Source: an uncultured virus (IMG/VR IMGVR_UViG_3300029787_000026)
Lineage: Duplodnaviria > Heunggongvirae > Uroviricota > Caudoviricetes > Crassvirales
Length of the DNA stretch: 64,000 bases
Virus record (IMG/VR): IMGVR_UViG_3300029787_000026
Reading direction: 5' to 3' (one strand)
Under the pieces are notes generated by a model. That model saw only the letters and a program-made list of their open reading frames with translations. It was not told the origin of the DNA and searched no databases. Both the position numbers and the translations under genes were made by a program. Shown here one piece after another: positions 46,201 through 53,553 of the stretch (positions are counted from its first letter, which is position 1; each line of letters begins with the position of its first letter).

Positions 46201-48855
46201 GCAAACCCTAAACAAACTAAACAGTCATACGAATCTAATAAAGCTTTAGCTAAAAAGTCAGGCACTTTATCTCAAGTTGATCTTAGTAAATCTGAATTAC
46301 TAAACAACATGTCTAACAGGGATAAAGCTTTAGCTTTAGCTAGAAGGTTAAAGAAAGAAACTAAGGGTATAAGTGTATACGATTTCGATGATACACTTGC
46401 TAAGTCTAAATCTAACGTGCTTTACACGCTCCCTAATGGTAAGAGAGGTAAACTTAATGCTACGGAGTTTGCTAAACGTTCAGAGGCCTTAGAAGCTCAA
46501 GGAGCAAAATTTGATTTTTCTGAGTTTAACAGAGTAATTGACGGGAAACCCGGGCCTCTAGTTCCTAGAATTAAAAAAGCTATAGGAAAATTTGGTAATG
46601 AAAATATGTTTGTGTTAACAGCAAGACCTCAAGCGTCAGCTAATGCTATTCATAAGTTTTTAAAAGGAATAGGTATTGACATACCTCTTAAAAATATTAC
46701 TGGTTTAGAAAACGGTAGCCCAACAGCAAAGTCAAATTGGATATTAGATAAAGCTGCTAAAGGTTATAATGATTTTTATTTTGTAGATGACGCTGTAAAA
46801 AACGTTAAAGCTGTTAAAGCTGTTTTAGATGTTATAGATGTTAAGAGTAAAGTTCAACTAGCTTTACAACAAGTTGATCTAAACAAAACGTTTAACGAAA
46901 TAATACAAAACAAATCAGGCATCGGCGCTGATAAAGTATTTGGTAGAGCAAAAGCTGAGGTTGTAGGTAGAGGTAAAGGTAAGTTTGATTACATCGTTTC
47001 TCCTGGTGCTGAAGATTTTATGGGATTACTTTATAAAACATTAGGTAAAGGTAAGGTAGGAGAAAAACAACAAGCATTTTATAAAAAATACTTAAATGAT
47101 CCTTTTGCTAAAGCAGAAGAAATGATTTCTAAAGATCAAGTTAAGCTAGCACAAGATATTAAAGCTTTGAAAAAGAGTTTAGGTGTTGTACCTAAAAACC
47201 TTAAAAAGACTAATGATACTGGCTTTACAAATGAAACAGCAGTAAGAGTTAGAATGTGGACTAAAATGGGACTTGAAGTTCCCGGGTTAAGTAAAGCAGA
47301 TTTAAAAGATTTAAATAAATTAGTTAAAGATAATCCTAAGCTTGAAGCGTTTGCAGATCAGTTATTATTAGCTACTAAAAACTCTGGTTGGGCACCACCT
47401 AAAGCTGATTGGCTTAGTGGTAACTTAACTTTAGATGCTAGAAATTTATTAAGAGATGTAAAGAGATCTGAATATCTAGAACAATATGGTTGGACAGAAA
47501 ATGTTAATCAAATATTTAGTGAAGCAAATTTAAATAAACTTGAAGCTGCTTTTGGTAAGAGTTATAGAAATGCTTTAGAAGGTACTATAGCTAGAATGAA
47601 GACTGGTAGAAATAGAAAAGTAAGAAACAATTTAGAAAATAAAGTACTTGACTATATTAATAATTCTGTAGGTGCTATCATGTTCTTAAACACTAGGTCC
47701 GCTGTGTTACAAACAATATCCTCTATTAACTTCGTTAACTGGACAGATAATAATCCCATGGCTGCTGGTAAGGCTTTAGCTAATATGCCTCAATATTCTA
47801 AAGACTTTTTAAAGCTAATGAATTCTGATTATCTTCTTTCTAGACGAAATGGTTTAAAATTAAATATATCAGAATCTGAAATAGCTGATGCTGGCGGTGG
47901 TAGAGGACTTATTAACTACATGTTAAATAAAGGTTTTGTATTTACAAGATACGCTGATAGTTTTGCTATTGCTAGTGGTGGTGCTACGTTTTATAGAAAT
48001 AGATTAAACACTTATAAGAAAAAAGGTTTATCTGAAAAAGAAGCAGAGGCAAGAGCTTTTAGGGATTTTAGAGAAATAGCTGAGAACTCCCAACAGTCAA
48101 GTAGAACTGATAAAATTAGTCAACAACAAGCTAGTGATTTAGGTAGGGTTATATTAGCTTTTGCTAACACACCTATGCAGTATATGAGAATACAAAAGAA
48201 AGCTTATTTGGATTTAGTAAACGGTAGGGGTAATTGGAAAACAAATGCTTCTAAAATAGTTTACTATGGATTTATACAAAACCTTATGTTCAACGCTATA
48301 CAAAACGCTATGTTTGGTATTGCGTTTGGTGATGATGAAACAGACGATAAGCTAATGGCTAAGTCTGGTAGAGTTGCTAATGGTATGGCTGACTCATTAT
48401 TAAGAGGTATGGGATTATACGGTGCTACAGCATCTATGGTTAAAAACACATTAATGAAAATAAAACAAATACAGGAAAAAGACGGGAAGAAAGCTTATGA
48501 TGCAGCGATATTTGAAGTGTTAAACGTATCACCTACAATAGGTTCAAAAGCAAGAAAATTAAGAAGCGCTGCTATATCCGCAGAGTATGGAGCGTTTGAT
48601 GACATGGAGTTTAGTTTAGATAACGAAGCTTATATGGCATTAGCAAATATAATATCTGCAACCACAAATGTACCTATGGACAGAGCTTTAAGAAAAGCTC
48701 AGAATATAGATGGAGCATTGTTTGACGATGTGGAAATGTGGCAAAGAATCTCTATGCTCATGGGTTACCAAGACTGGGAACTTGGTATAGGTAGAGATAC
48801 AACGGGGAATAAAAAGAAGAAAAAATCAGTCCAAAATATAGACGAATGGGAATAA
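40273..48855 (+). CDS. Giant multidomain ejection protein (zincin + sigma-like + unknown + HAD units)
   Basis: HEIFH at 43321; sigma region 1.2/2/4.1-like segments at 43861-44451; YDFDDT/LTAR/FVDD at 46378-46791; helical C-terminal region. Confidence 0.8.
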   Translation: MEIYVDEFGNETTAQSLRQMFGDQWEIEAANLGYSKKAEGVVAEDATVTPITPVASENTVSSLENSSLELEDEWEVIVPDQTEVVIPKDRKFGDLIEIPDFENQNTKDLANVYNTLYGGENGGFHFEADGKYGLNITALNGNEIGVKTGLTNMEIMGSGLYTPETVEMKDAESMINEFLKLNFDNEAQEQYNTNIDVFEEEVMLNINDLTRKFLEEEDYETDNFMPVNGLLTSTLSADYEKFIRQNVSETYKDNGGYLPEYQITQNVKSILQDVQSNELQLNYLLRSKQYEELKDSDNGDLAIEDLKVGHIQEIVDPAEKELASINMALISKDIMLNENFANLGYNESINSLMNDRKKLEARRDLLQKEVFGKNTKFLFNLDNGSYRVTPESKGGLVVKNEKDLTEQFGVAKIQVREIMKNNPFATVQSKYNIFNVGFEDFQRQMQDEKYDITIKASMLQEGSPLAEKLNSMGYKIETKSFGKDKVIEGGEGAPYVTQGVVKDVSLKDLMYLKRIETSFLGPNAYQEFDKADKSQKPLGYTLDQYVENSNVTLNRLSVMREAWKQLYLLNVDPASIEANNLTPDGTGIEKLWKNNFVEGLAEALPFQDQSNYGYIASNKFNVDTDRDILDRFQMVIGDINANLQEGEKPFELTKEQEENFEQGFGEELVRGLGGFVPMIAELAAITYMTGGTGNFLGTGRYLNKLRTVTYLAKSGKNSVTPLSQAVVAARARKAKMTVDAYAKSKGLTKASGDALQKLQALGIMGLQEEAKMAALDPLFGVDMPVGAGFGFVVGGAGMRKLLPTGVFKGNYAPLNVFLDKGLYSGLGGMAGAQTAAPMEAMVQSFMNQTDMQTFAEEKYGNMEDWAKHALMETIQFSLIGLTHTNKADRTMSMRGKRALQEKLAVDIIKMEKQIGEGKLSKTDPLFINKSQLFEQVSQQIRISENRERYLDKNILMADTKSLFEKYNRQYKRETKSDQPAFDFKLNKSGKTEVVFRGSKPPLVRVNVNKMTPGTVPHEIFHTMMKQQFKNDVGLSGSLARNISSTLNKVDWTFGIKNVKGGLKGVVEQAYENIQNKDSFSEEFNAAVIDLLRSPENYEKLITGNVFGQIVQDIYGAVEKTLGNTPMKGLLPDLNTPQKVINFLGRYGKSTAAGEYSPGMIERFKDIKIQKQKDGKVYDLFDTQTGEKLNLDKAAQELLKTQQQRNRELAENIKNKSGDYGKDIYDLIKDNQALINQSLGFSTKLGDVQQSAITDALVYQMLGVAKGRKTGMLDNYDGSTEVMTYLGNTIRSRRKEIYEEAGLDMTKRINEDISNIRGIADTGGFKAENLDAPKPKPRVKKTDPRELDLTIDVQKDLIPEMQKDISSRDMSKETYKSLRLTEAEAKLLAETYGIVDSKGNPLAEWFTNPKRNLPKVAIEGFRQLRSDLNKNAQAVLNIIPEGFTAGGKATGVPNNLKKLLYRKNNNGNWELRKDLTIKDIQNILKEPAGALYRDAQVQTIKGLTELVFRGLKNKVAREAQGTGPESNSVIRDLADGKNPRMAQVILDAPNKPKTLNSIEKVFTAFANYSRDPEGFRKLYPDVAKFIEAESIKMSEAEATRGKAEAPTFKKAPKADMKIAEASGAPKGVKIENIIDGVTGKSMRSVQGDVALFDVARIEGFFKNIEDLAKYYPKNLPDFLKTKETLLQSFGSSSRGTGRNVGRDGAKITTEGNLMSESPVSKNQYERIVKNLGEKYQGEIFDNIKPGDFMTESQQKNALKNYFETNDLSALKKYINASDNAYKADVYYAMGVIKQKYLYDAKTPKEFEARARTIYDLAAANSSTIQGYGRQLVPVMAIKKTGTVGKLKLEHLKSSLEQSMAEAKAIVEGRWAKDGRKIMNDYQGIISFKKFLNVIDKLGGTTNTAGLSRMVLDLKELKDYVTVESDFKQTLYDKLMQQNAQKLGQSVRKLESPQLQDAMARMGLEPSKPNVEIAKYELANPKQTKQSYESNKALAKKSGTLSQVDLSKSELLNNMSNRDKALALARRLKKETKGISVYDFDDTLAKSKSNVLYTLPNGKRGKLNATEFAKRSEALEAQGAKFDFSEFNRVIDGKPGPLVPRIKKAIGKFGNENMFVLTARPQASANAIHKFLKGIGIDIPLKNITGLENGSPTAKSNWILDKAAKGYNDFYFVDDAVKNVKAVKAVLDVIDVKSKVQLALQQVDLNKTFNEIIQNKSGIGADKVFGRAKAEVVGRGKGKFDYIVSPGAEDFMGLLYKTLGKGKVGEKQQAFYKKYLNDPFAKAEEMISKDQVKLAQDIKALKKSLGVVPKNLKKTNDTGFTNETAVRVRMWTKMGLEVPGLSKADLKDLNKLVKDNPKLEAFADQLLLATKNSGWAPPKADWLSGNLTLDARNLLRDVKRSEYLEQYGWTENVNQIFSEANLNKLEAAFGKSYRNALEGTIARMKTGRNRKVRNNLENKVLDYINNSVGAIMFLNTRSAVLQTISSINFVNWTDNNPMAAGKALANMPQYSKDFLKLMNSDYLLSRRNGLKLNISESEIADAGGGRGLINYMLNKGFVFTRYADSFAIASGGATFYRNRLNTYKKKGLSEKEAEARAFRDFREIAENSQQSSRTDKISQQQASDLGRVILAFANTPMQYMRIQKKAYLDLVNGRGNWKTNASKIVYYGFIQNLMFNAIQNAMFGIAFGDDETDDKLMAKSGRVANGMADSLLRGMGLYGATASMVKNTLMKIKQIQEKDGKKAYDAAIFEVLNVSPTIGSKARKLRSAAISAEYGAFDDMEFSLDNEAYMALANIISATTNVPMDRALRKAQNIDGALFDDVEMWQRISMLMGYQDWELGIGRDTTGNKKKKKSVQNIDEWE

Positions 48856-48866
48856 ATTAACAAGCA

Positions 48867-49028
48867 ATGGATATACAAAATTTAAAACTTTACTTAATAA
48901 ACGGATCAACACTAGGCGTAACCACACTCACAGATATAGAAATGGGACTGAAAGTATTACTACTTATTGTAACTATAGGTTATACTGTAACTAAATGGGT
49001 GCAATTAAAAAATGAAAAAAAGAAATAA
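48867..49028 (+). CDS. 53-aa membrane protein, possible holin
   Basis: MDIQNLKLYLINGSTLGVT..TDIEMGLKVLLLIVTIGYTVTKW with basic tail. Confidence 0.65.
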   Translation: MDIQNLKLYLINGSTLGVTTLTDIEMGLKVLLLIVTIGYTVTKWVQLKNEKKK

Positions 49029-49112
49029 TGAGAAAATTTATTTTCAAGTTTAAGCAAGCTTGGAACAAATTGCTATATAAATCAATGTTTAAAAACTATA
49101 AATAAAATAGAT

Positions 49113-49151
49113 ATGTGTCCGATATGTAATGGCTACTGCGGTCTTTGTTAA
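49113..49151 (+). CDS. 12-aa Cys-rich micro-ORF MCPICNGYCGLC
   Basis: ATG with A-rich leader; four Cys as CxxC-xxx-CxxC. Confidence 0.35.
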   Translation: MCPICNGYCGLC

Positions 49152-49209
49152 GCAGAAGAAATAAAAGGAACAAAAATAAAATGGGCGTACCATACCCAAA
49201 AGTTCCTAT

Positions 49210-49238
49210 AAAGGGAGGCGTTTAGTCTCCCTTTTTTT
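49210..49238 (+). terminator. Intrinsic terminator at the convergence of both arms
   Basis: AAAGGGAGGC-GTTTA-GTCTCCC followed by T7. Confidence 0.85.
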
Positions 49239-49270
49239 ATTGTCATTATAATAACCTAAGGTTATAACTA

Positions 49271-50971
49271 TTAGCCATCACAAGCAACACAATCTTCACT
49301 AGTTGCTTTGTCAGCTATATCTCCCCTCAATACAGATTCTGTTCTCATATAGTACAACGTCTTAACTCCTTTTTTCCAAGCATCAAAATGAACTTTGTTT
49401 AACCACTTAGGTGTTGACTGGCTAGGAAAAGCTAAGTTTAAACTAACAGACTGATCTATGTATTGTTGTCTTATACCTGCCTGCCTAACTAATTCTAGTT
49501 GATTTATTTCTTTAAAAGTTTTAAAAACTTCTTTTGTTTCATCGTCTAATTCTTTTATATCTTGTACTGATCCACCATCGGATAATATTTTATCCCACAC
49601 TGATCTTGTGTTTAATCCTTTTTCGTCCAATATTTTTTCAAGCGTAGGGTTTTTACGTATGAAAGTACCTTTAGCAGATTGCTCCGTGAAAACATTTGCA
49701 GCCCACGGTTCAATACCTGGCGAGATGTTTCCACTAAGTTTGCTGTTGCTAACAGTAGGAGCAATAGCGCGTAAGTGGGTATTACGAAAACCAGTTCCAG
49801 CACACCACAAAGGTTCTCCATATATCTCTGCAAGGTCCATACTAGCTCTTTCACTTTCAATTTTAATTTGTGAAAATATTTTTCTAGTTTCAAACTGAGC
49901 TGGTAAACCTTCAAAAGCAATGCTTTTTTCCTGGAGATAGGTATGCCAACCAAGAACACCAAGCCCGAGGGCGCGACCCTTTTCTGCGGAACGTACTGAG
50001 TTGGCAAAACCAATTTTGCCTTTAGCTTTTTGTATAAACTCCTCAAGCACCCCGTCAAGGAACCATATGCTGTCATAAATAATATTTGTATTTTTCCATT
50101 CATCATATTTAGCTAGGTTTAAAGAAGATAAACAACATACAAAGCTATGTGATTCATCTGTATGTAGAACTATTTCAGAACATATATTAGTCATATGTAC
50201 TTTTAAGCCGTTGTCTTTGTATGCAGCAGGGTTATTTTTGTTTGTGTTACCTTTAAATAAGATATAAGGTTCTCCAGTTGCTTTACGCTTTTGTAATAAT
50301 TTACTCCATTTTTTTCTAGCGCCTGTATCTCCCTGTTCAAGCTTCCGCATAAACTTATCGCCAACGACAGCGCATTGGTGCAAATTAAGAGACTGTCTGT
50401 TGACATCTCCCTTTGGCTCTCTAATTTCAAGCCACTCTTCGAAGTCAGCATGCTCAATGTTGATATTAACTGATGCAGCTCCTCGTCTGACAGATCCTTG
50501 ATTAGTAGCAAGGATTGTTGAGTCATATATTTTACAAAACGGCACAACGCCATCACTTGTTCCATTACCTGTTATTTTAGCTCCGGCGGGTCTTATTTGA
50601 TTTATACCGATGCCTACTCCACCGCCGTGTTTAGCGAGTAACATCATTTCTAAATTTTTAGTACCAATATCATATATACTATCAGCGACATCAATACCAA
50701 AGCAACTAATAGGTAAACCTCTATCAGTGCCTGTATTAGATAAAACTGGAGATGCTAAACATAACCAACCATTCCAAATGTATTCATAAAATATATCACA
50801 AAGCTCTGGCCGATTTAATCTTCTTGCTACTGTTTTACAAACACGCATATAAGCGTCGGCAGGTGTTTCATCTTCTAATAAATAACCTCCAGTAATAGTT
50901 TTTTTATATACATCAGTATCTCCCCACGCAGGGTAATCTACATCTTTTATCCAATTGTTATTCCAATTCAT
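49271..50971 (-). CDS. nrdA: Ribonucleotide reductase class I alpha subunit (no ATP cone)
   Basis: ISCF, GGGVG, TNICSEI, CCLSSLNL, AIAPT, IDQSVSLN, TLYY, C-terminal CVAC. Confidence 0.95.
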   Translation of the reverse strand: MNWNNNWIKDVDYPAWGDTDVYKKTITGGYLLEDETPADAYMRVCKTVARRLNRPELCDIFYEYIWNGWLCLASPVLSNTGTDRGLPISCFGIDVADSIYDIGTKNLEMMLLAKHGGGVGIGINQIRPAGAKITGNGTSDGVVPFCKIYDSTILATNQGSVRRGAASVNINIEHADFEEWLEIREPKGDVNRQSLNLHQCAVVGDKFMRKLEQGDTGARKKWSKLLQKRKATGEPYILFKGNTNKNNPAAYKDNGLKVHMTNICSEIVLHTDESHSFVCCLSSLNLAKYDEWKNTNIIYDSIWFLDGVLEEFIQKAKGKIGFANSVRSAEKGRALGLGVLGWHTYLQEKSIAFEGLPAQFETRKIFSQIKIESERASMDLAEIYGEPLWCAGTGFRNTHLRAIAPTVSNSKLSGNISPGIEPWAANVFTEQSAKGTFIRKNPTLEKILDEKGLNTRSVWDKILSDGGSVQDIKELDDETKEVFKTFKEINQLELVRQAGIRQQYIDQSVSLNLAFPSQSTPKWLNKVHFDAWKKGVKTLYYMRTESVLRGDIADKATSEDCVACDG

Positions 50972-51240
50972 AAGCTGCTAATTAAATGTTTTGTCCAGGC
51001 TATTAACCCATTAATGTTTAGTACTACCAAGTTCCATTGTTTACGAGATGCTACCTGAATTAATACACAAACAAATCCTGCTATATATAATTTAGGTTCT
51101 AATGTCCAGTGAGCCGCAAGTAAACATCCAGCTCCAAAGTAACCTATTCTACTCGATATTTTTTCTACTGGTGTCAGTCTCCTTGTTCTTACTAGGATCT
51201 TTAGTAACTTGTTCTTTAAGTTTTTTAACCGCTTCGTCAT
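50968..51240 (-). CDS. Small membrane protein between RNR subunits
   Basis: Three short hydrophobic segments; 4-nt overlap with the nrdA start. Confidence 0.55.
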   Translation of the reverse strand: MTKRLKNLKNKLLKILVRTRRLTPVEKISSRIGYFGAGCLLAAHWTLEPKLYIAGFVCVLIQVASRKQWNLVVLNINGLIAWTKHLISSL

Positions 51241-51379
51241 AGGCAGGCATATTTTTTATTAGCTCTAAAGTACCAACTGCTAGTTCTTTTATGTGAGCTG
51301 TTTCTGTTAAAAGGTGTTGAGCAATATTTGTTAAAGCCTCTACCTTGTTTTTCATTTCTAATAATTTATTTTCTTTCAT
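51149..51379 (-). CDS. Small coiled-coil hypothetical protein
   Basis: 76-aa ORF. Confidence 0.6.
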   Translation of the reverse strand: MKENKLLEMKNKVEALTNIAQHLLTETAHIKELAVGTLELIKNMPAYDEAVKKLKEQVTKDPSKNKETDTSRKNIE

Positions 51380-51417
51380 ATAAATCTTTATTTATATCGT
51401 CTTCAGTTATGTTTACT

Positions 51418-52416
51418 TTAATCCCACATGTCTTCGAAGTCCTCACCTTCATTAGGCTTTGAGTAATCCGTTGAACGTATTGCAAAGAAATCAGTATGGG
51501 TATGGCCCCCGGTAAGATGATCAAACCAAGAAAGAGCATCCACTCCTTTTTGGTCATAGCTTTTGTCCGCTGTCCAGTCGTGGTTTTTGTATTTTTTAGT
51601 TTTATATCCAAGCTCTGCAAGCTTATCTCCAACCCTTTTTTTAATAAATTGTACCAAGTCATATTTTTTAATTCCTTCTATATCACCCATCTCAAATATC
51701 TTACTAATGTAAGTCATCTCAGCATTGTGCATTGTTAAAGCTGCCTCAAATATATGAGGTTCACATTCCTCTTTTAATCCTGGTATTTGTGAACACATTT
51801 GTCTAAACAGCTGGCAGCCCATTTTACTGTGTAGACTTTCATCTCTTACTGACCACTTCATTTGTTGGCCAATACCTTTTAATAAGTTTCGTAGTTGAAA
51901 ACTATATAGCACAGCGAAAGCAGAATACAAACTAACTCCTTCTGCAAAAGCAGAAAATGTAGCTAGTGATTTACCTATACCTACTGGATCATTACCCTCA
52001 TAAGCTACAAGGTTGTCAAACCTAGCGGCTGTAGCTGGCTCATGTAAGAACGCTGAAAAATCTTCAAGCCCTAGTGTTTCATTTAAATAACTATAAGCTA
52101 CCGCGTGTATTGTTTCTTGAGATCCAAACATCATAGCCATTTGCTGTATCTCGTGTTTAGGAAACCATGATACAACTTTTTGTGTCCAGTAATCAGACAC
52201 AGCACATTCAGTTTGAGCAAAACCTAGCAGAATATTTCCTACTAAGTTTTTCTCTGCATCAGTTAATTTTTCGTTCCAGTCTTTAACATCACCTGACATA
52301 GGTATTTCAGTGTGCAACCAAAACGCTTGAGCTTGTTTTAACCAACCTTCAGTATAATACTCAGGGTACTCAAAAGGTTTATAAGGTATTCTTGGGGTAA
52401 ATATAGGTGCAGCCAT
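51418..52416 (-). CDS. nrdB: Ribonucleotide reductase class I beta subunit
   Basis: FWLHTEI, QETIHAVAYS, EGVSLYSAF, VRDESLH, HTDFF. Confidence 0.95.
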   Translation of the reverse strand: MAAPIFTPRIPYKPFEYPEYYTEGWLKQAQAFWLHTEIPMSGDVKDWNEKLTDAEKNLVGNILLGFAQTECAVSDYWTQKVVSWFPKHEIQQMAMMFGSQETIHAVAYSYLNETLGLEDFSAFLHEPATAARFDNLVAYEGNDPVGIGKSLATFSAFAEGVSLYSAFAVLYSFQLRNLLKGIGQQMKWSVRDESLHSKMGCQLFRQMCSQIPGLKEECEPHIFEAALTMHNAEMTYISKIFEMGDIEGIKKYDLVQFIKKRVGDKLAELGYKTKKYKNHDWTADKSYDQKGVDALSWFDHLTGGHTHTDFFAIRSTDYSKPNEGEDFEDMWD

Positions 52417-52417
52417 A

Positions 52418-52582
52418 TTAATTATATATTTCTAATGCTATATCTATAAAAGGTAAATATAACACGTGTGTTACTTGTTTTTCTTCTTCATAAGTTCTAC
52501 CACCTAGTAATATACCTGGGTAAAAACCTACTGACAAAGACCAGTTATCTTTAACGTCCTTGTCCTCTATATTTTTTGACAT
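52418..52582 (-). CDS. 54-aa hypothetical protein (WSLSVGFYPGILLGGRTY...HVLYLPFIDI)
   Basis: Manual translation; stop abuts the nrdB start. Confidence 0.6.
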   Translation of the reverse strand: MSKNIEDKDVKDNWSLSVGFYPGILLGGRTYEEEKQVTHVLYLPFIDIALEIYN

Positions 52583-52685
52583 AATTTATACTTTGTTTAC
52601 AATTACTATTCTTAGACTTGGCGTGTACTCCAGGTCTTTTCTTTCTTACCTGTTTTTTGTAGGTAAATAAATTTATTTTAGCCAT
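52551..52685 (-). CDS. 44-aa basic peptide ending KKYRGQGR
   Basis: Manual translation; KxYRGQG C-terminus is recurrent in marine phage small proteins. Confidence 0.7.
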   Translation of the reverse strand: MAKINLFTYKKQVRKKRPGVHAKSKNSNCKQSINYVKKYRGQGR

Positions 52686-52851
52686 ATGTTTTTACTCCAT
52701 ATTTGTTTTGTACTTCTACTAATTCTTTATACAATACTTTTCCTCTTATATTAAAACTCCACTTCCACCAAGTGTCGATCTGTCGCTCAGCATACTTACG
52801 TCTTGCTAGCTCTTTCTCGACTCGAGGATTAACCTTATTGTTTCGTCGCAT
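52678..52851 (-). CDS. 57-aa basic hypothetical protein
   Basis: Manual translation MRRNNKVNPRVEKELARRKYAERQIDTWWKW... Confidence 0.5.
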   Translation of the reverse strand: MRRNNKVNPRVEKELARRKYAERQIDTWWKWSFNIRGKVLYKELVEVQNKYGVKTYG

Positions 52852-53258
52852 TCTTTTTGATTTTGTGGTTTATACAAAGTTAATGGTGCTATTTTGTTTT
52901 CTGTCAATAATTTTTTAAACATCTTCCATCTAAGTGGAAATGATTCGTTTGCTCTACCTTTTGTTTCTATTATAAAGCCTTTGCCAACGAAATCAGGTGT
53001 GTATTTAATATTGAATATTTTTTTATTACCTCTATTTTTATACTCACCTTTACCGTTACCACATCGTTCATAAGATTCAAAAGGAAAATCAAAACCTTCT
53101 TGAAGTTCAAATGTTTCGCCCTCGTACAAAGCTTTGATCTTTGCTTTTTTTAAAGCTTGGTACATATATCTTTCAAGGCCTGAAGCAAATGTTATACCGT
53201 CGTATATTATTTTCTTTGATTGTACGGGACCTCTTTTCTTTTTATAAAACTTCTTCAT
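52806..53258 (-). CDS. PD-(D/E)XK endonuclease, T7 endonuclease I-like resolvase
   Basis: FASGLE, KYTPDF, IIETKGR. Confidence 0.8.
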   Translation of the reverse strand: MKKFYKKKRGPVQSKKIIYDGITFASGLERYMYQALKKAKIKALYEGETFELQEGFDFPFESYERCGNGKGEYKNRGNKKIFNIKYTPDFVGKGFIIETKGRANESFPLRWKMFKKLLTENKIAPLTLYKPQNQKECDETIRLILESRKS

Positions 53259-53553
53259 CGTTTACTTCTATATCGTAATGCAAACCGTCGTTTCCGTTTT
53301 GACCTATTATATTCATTCTATTTAACATAGCTTCTTCTATTTCATCAGTCAAACATCTTTTCGCAGCTTCGATATATAGTAGTGCATCCATTAGTTCTTC
53401 TTGAACGTCAACTAAAAATCTATTTAAGTCTTTCTTTTGACCTTCAATCTCTTGCATCATAGTAGCTCCATATTTCTTTTGACCTATTAAGCTACGTTCG
53501 TCCATCTTCCTTAGTACAGCTTGTACTATCTTATCTTCTGTTTTAATTCTCAT
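53242..53553 (-). CDS. All-alpha nucleotide pyrophosphohydrolase-like protein
   Basis: R..IGQKKYG and QEELMDALLY motifs. Confidence 0.55.
   Translation of the reverse strand: MRIKTEDKIVQAVLRKMDERSLIGQKKYGATMMQEIEGQKKDLNRFLVDVQEELMDALLYIEAAKRCLTDEIEEAMLNRMNIIGQNGNDGLHYDIEVNDEEVL

Noticed and set aside
46378..46398. DFDD as a crAss-like virion RNA polymerase catalytic motif
   Set aside because: It is DxDxT followed by HAD motifs II-IV, not DxDxD in a double-psi barrel context
4332..48449. Numerous short minus-strand ORFs opposite structural genes
   Set aside because: Antisense shadows of long + strand genes with no motifs or leaders
51366..51662. 98-aa same-strand ORF overlapping the nrdB 3' end with a hydrophobic stretch
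   Set aside because: Short enough to be chance, and shifted-frame hydrophobicity is expected; not fully excluded given the other overlapping ORFs
49271..52416. Introns or inteins in RNR genes (also checked terminase and helicase)
   Set aside because: Lengths and motif spacing are compact, with no intein termini or homing endonuclease inserts
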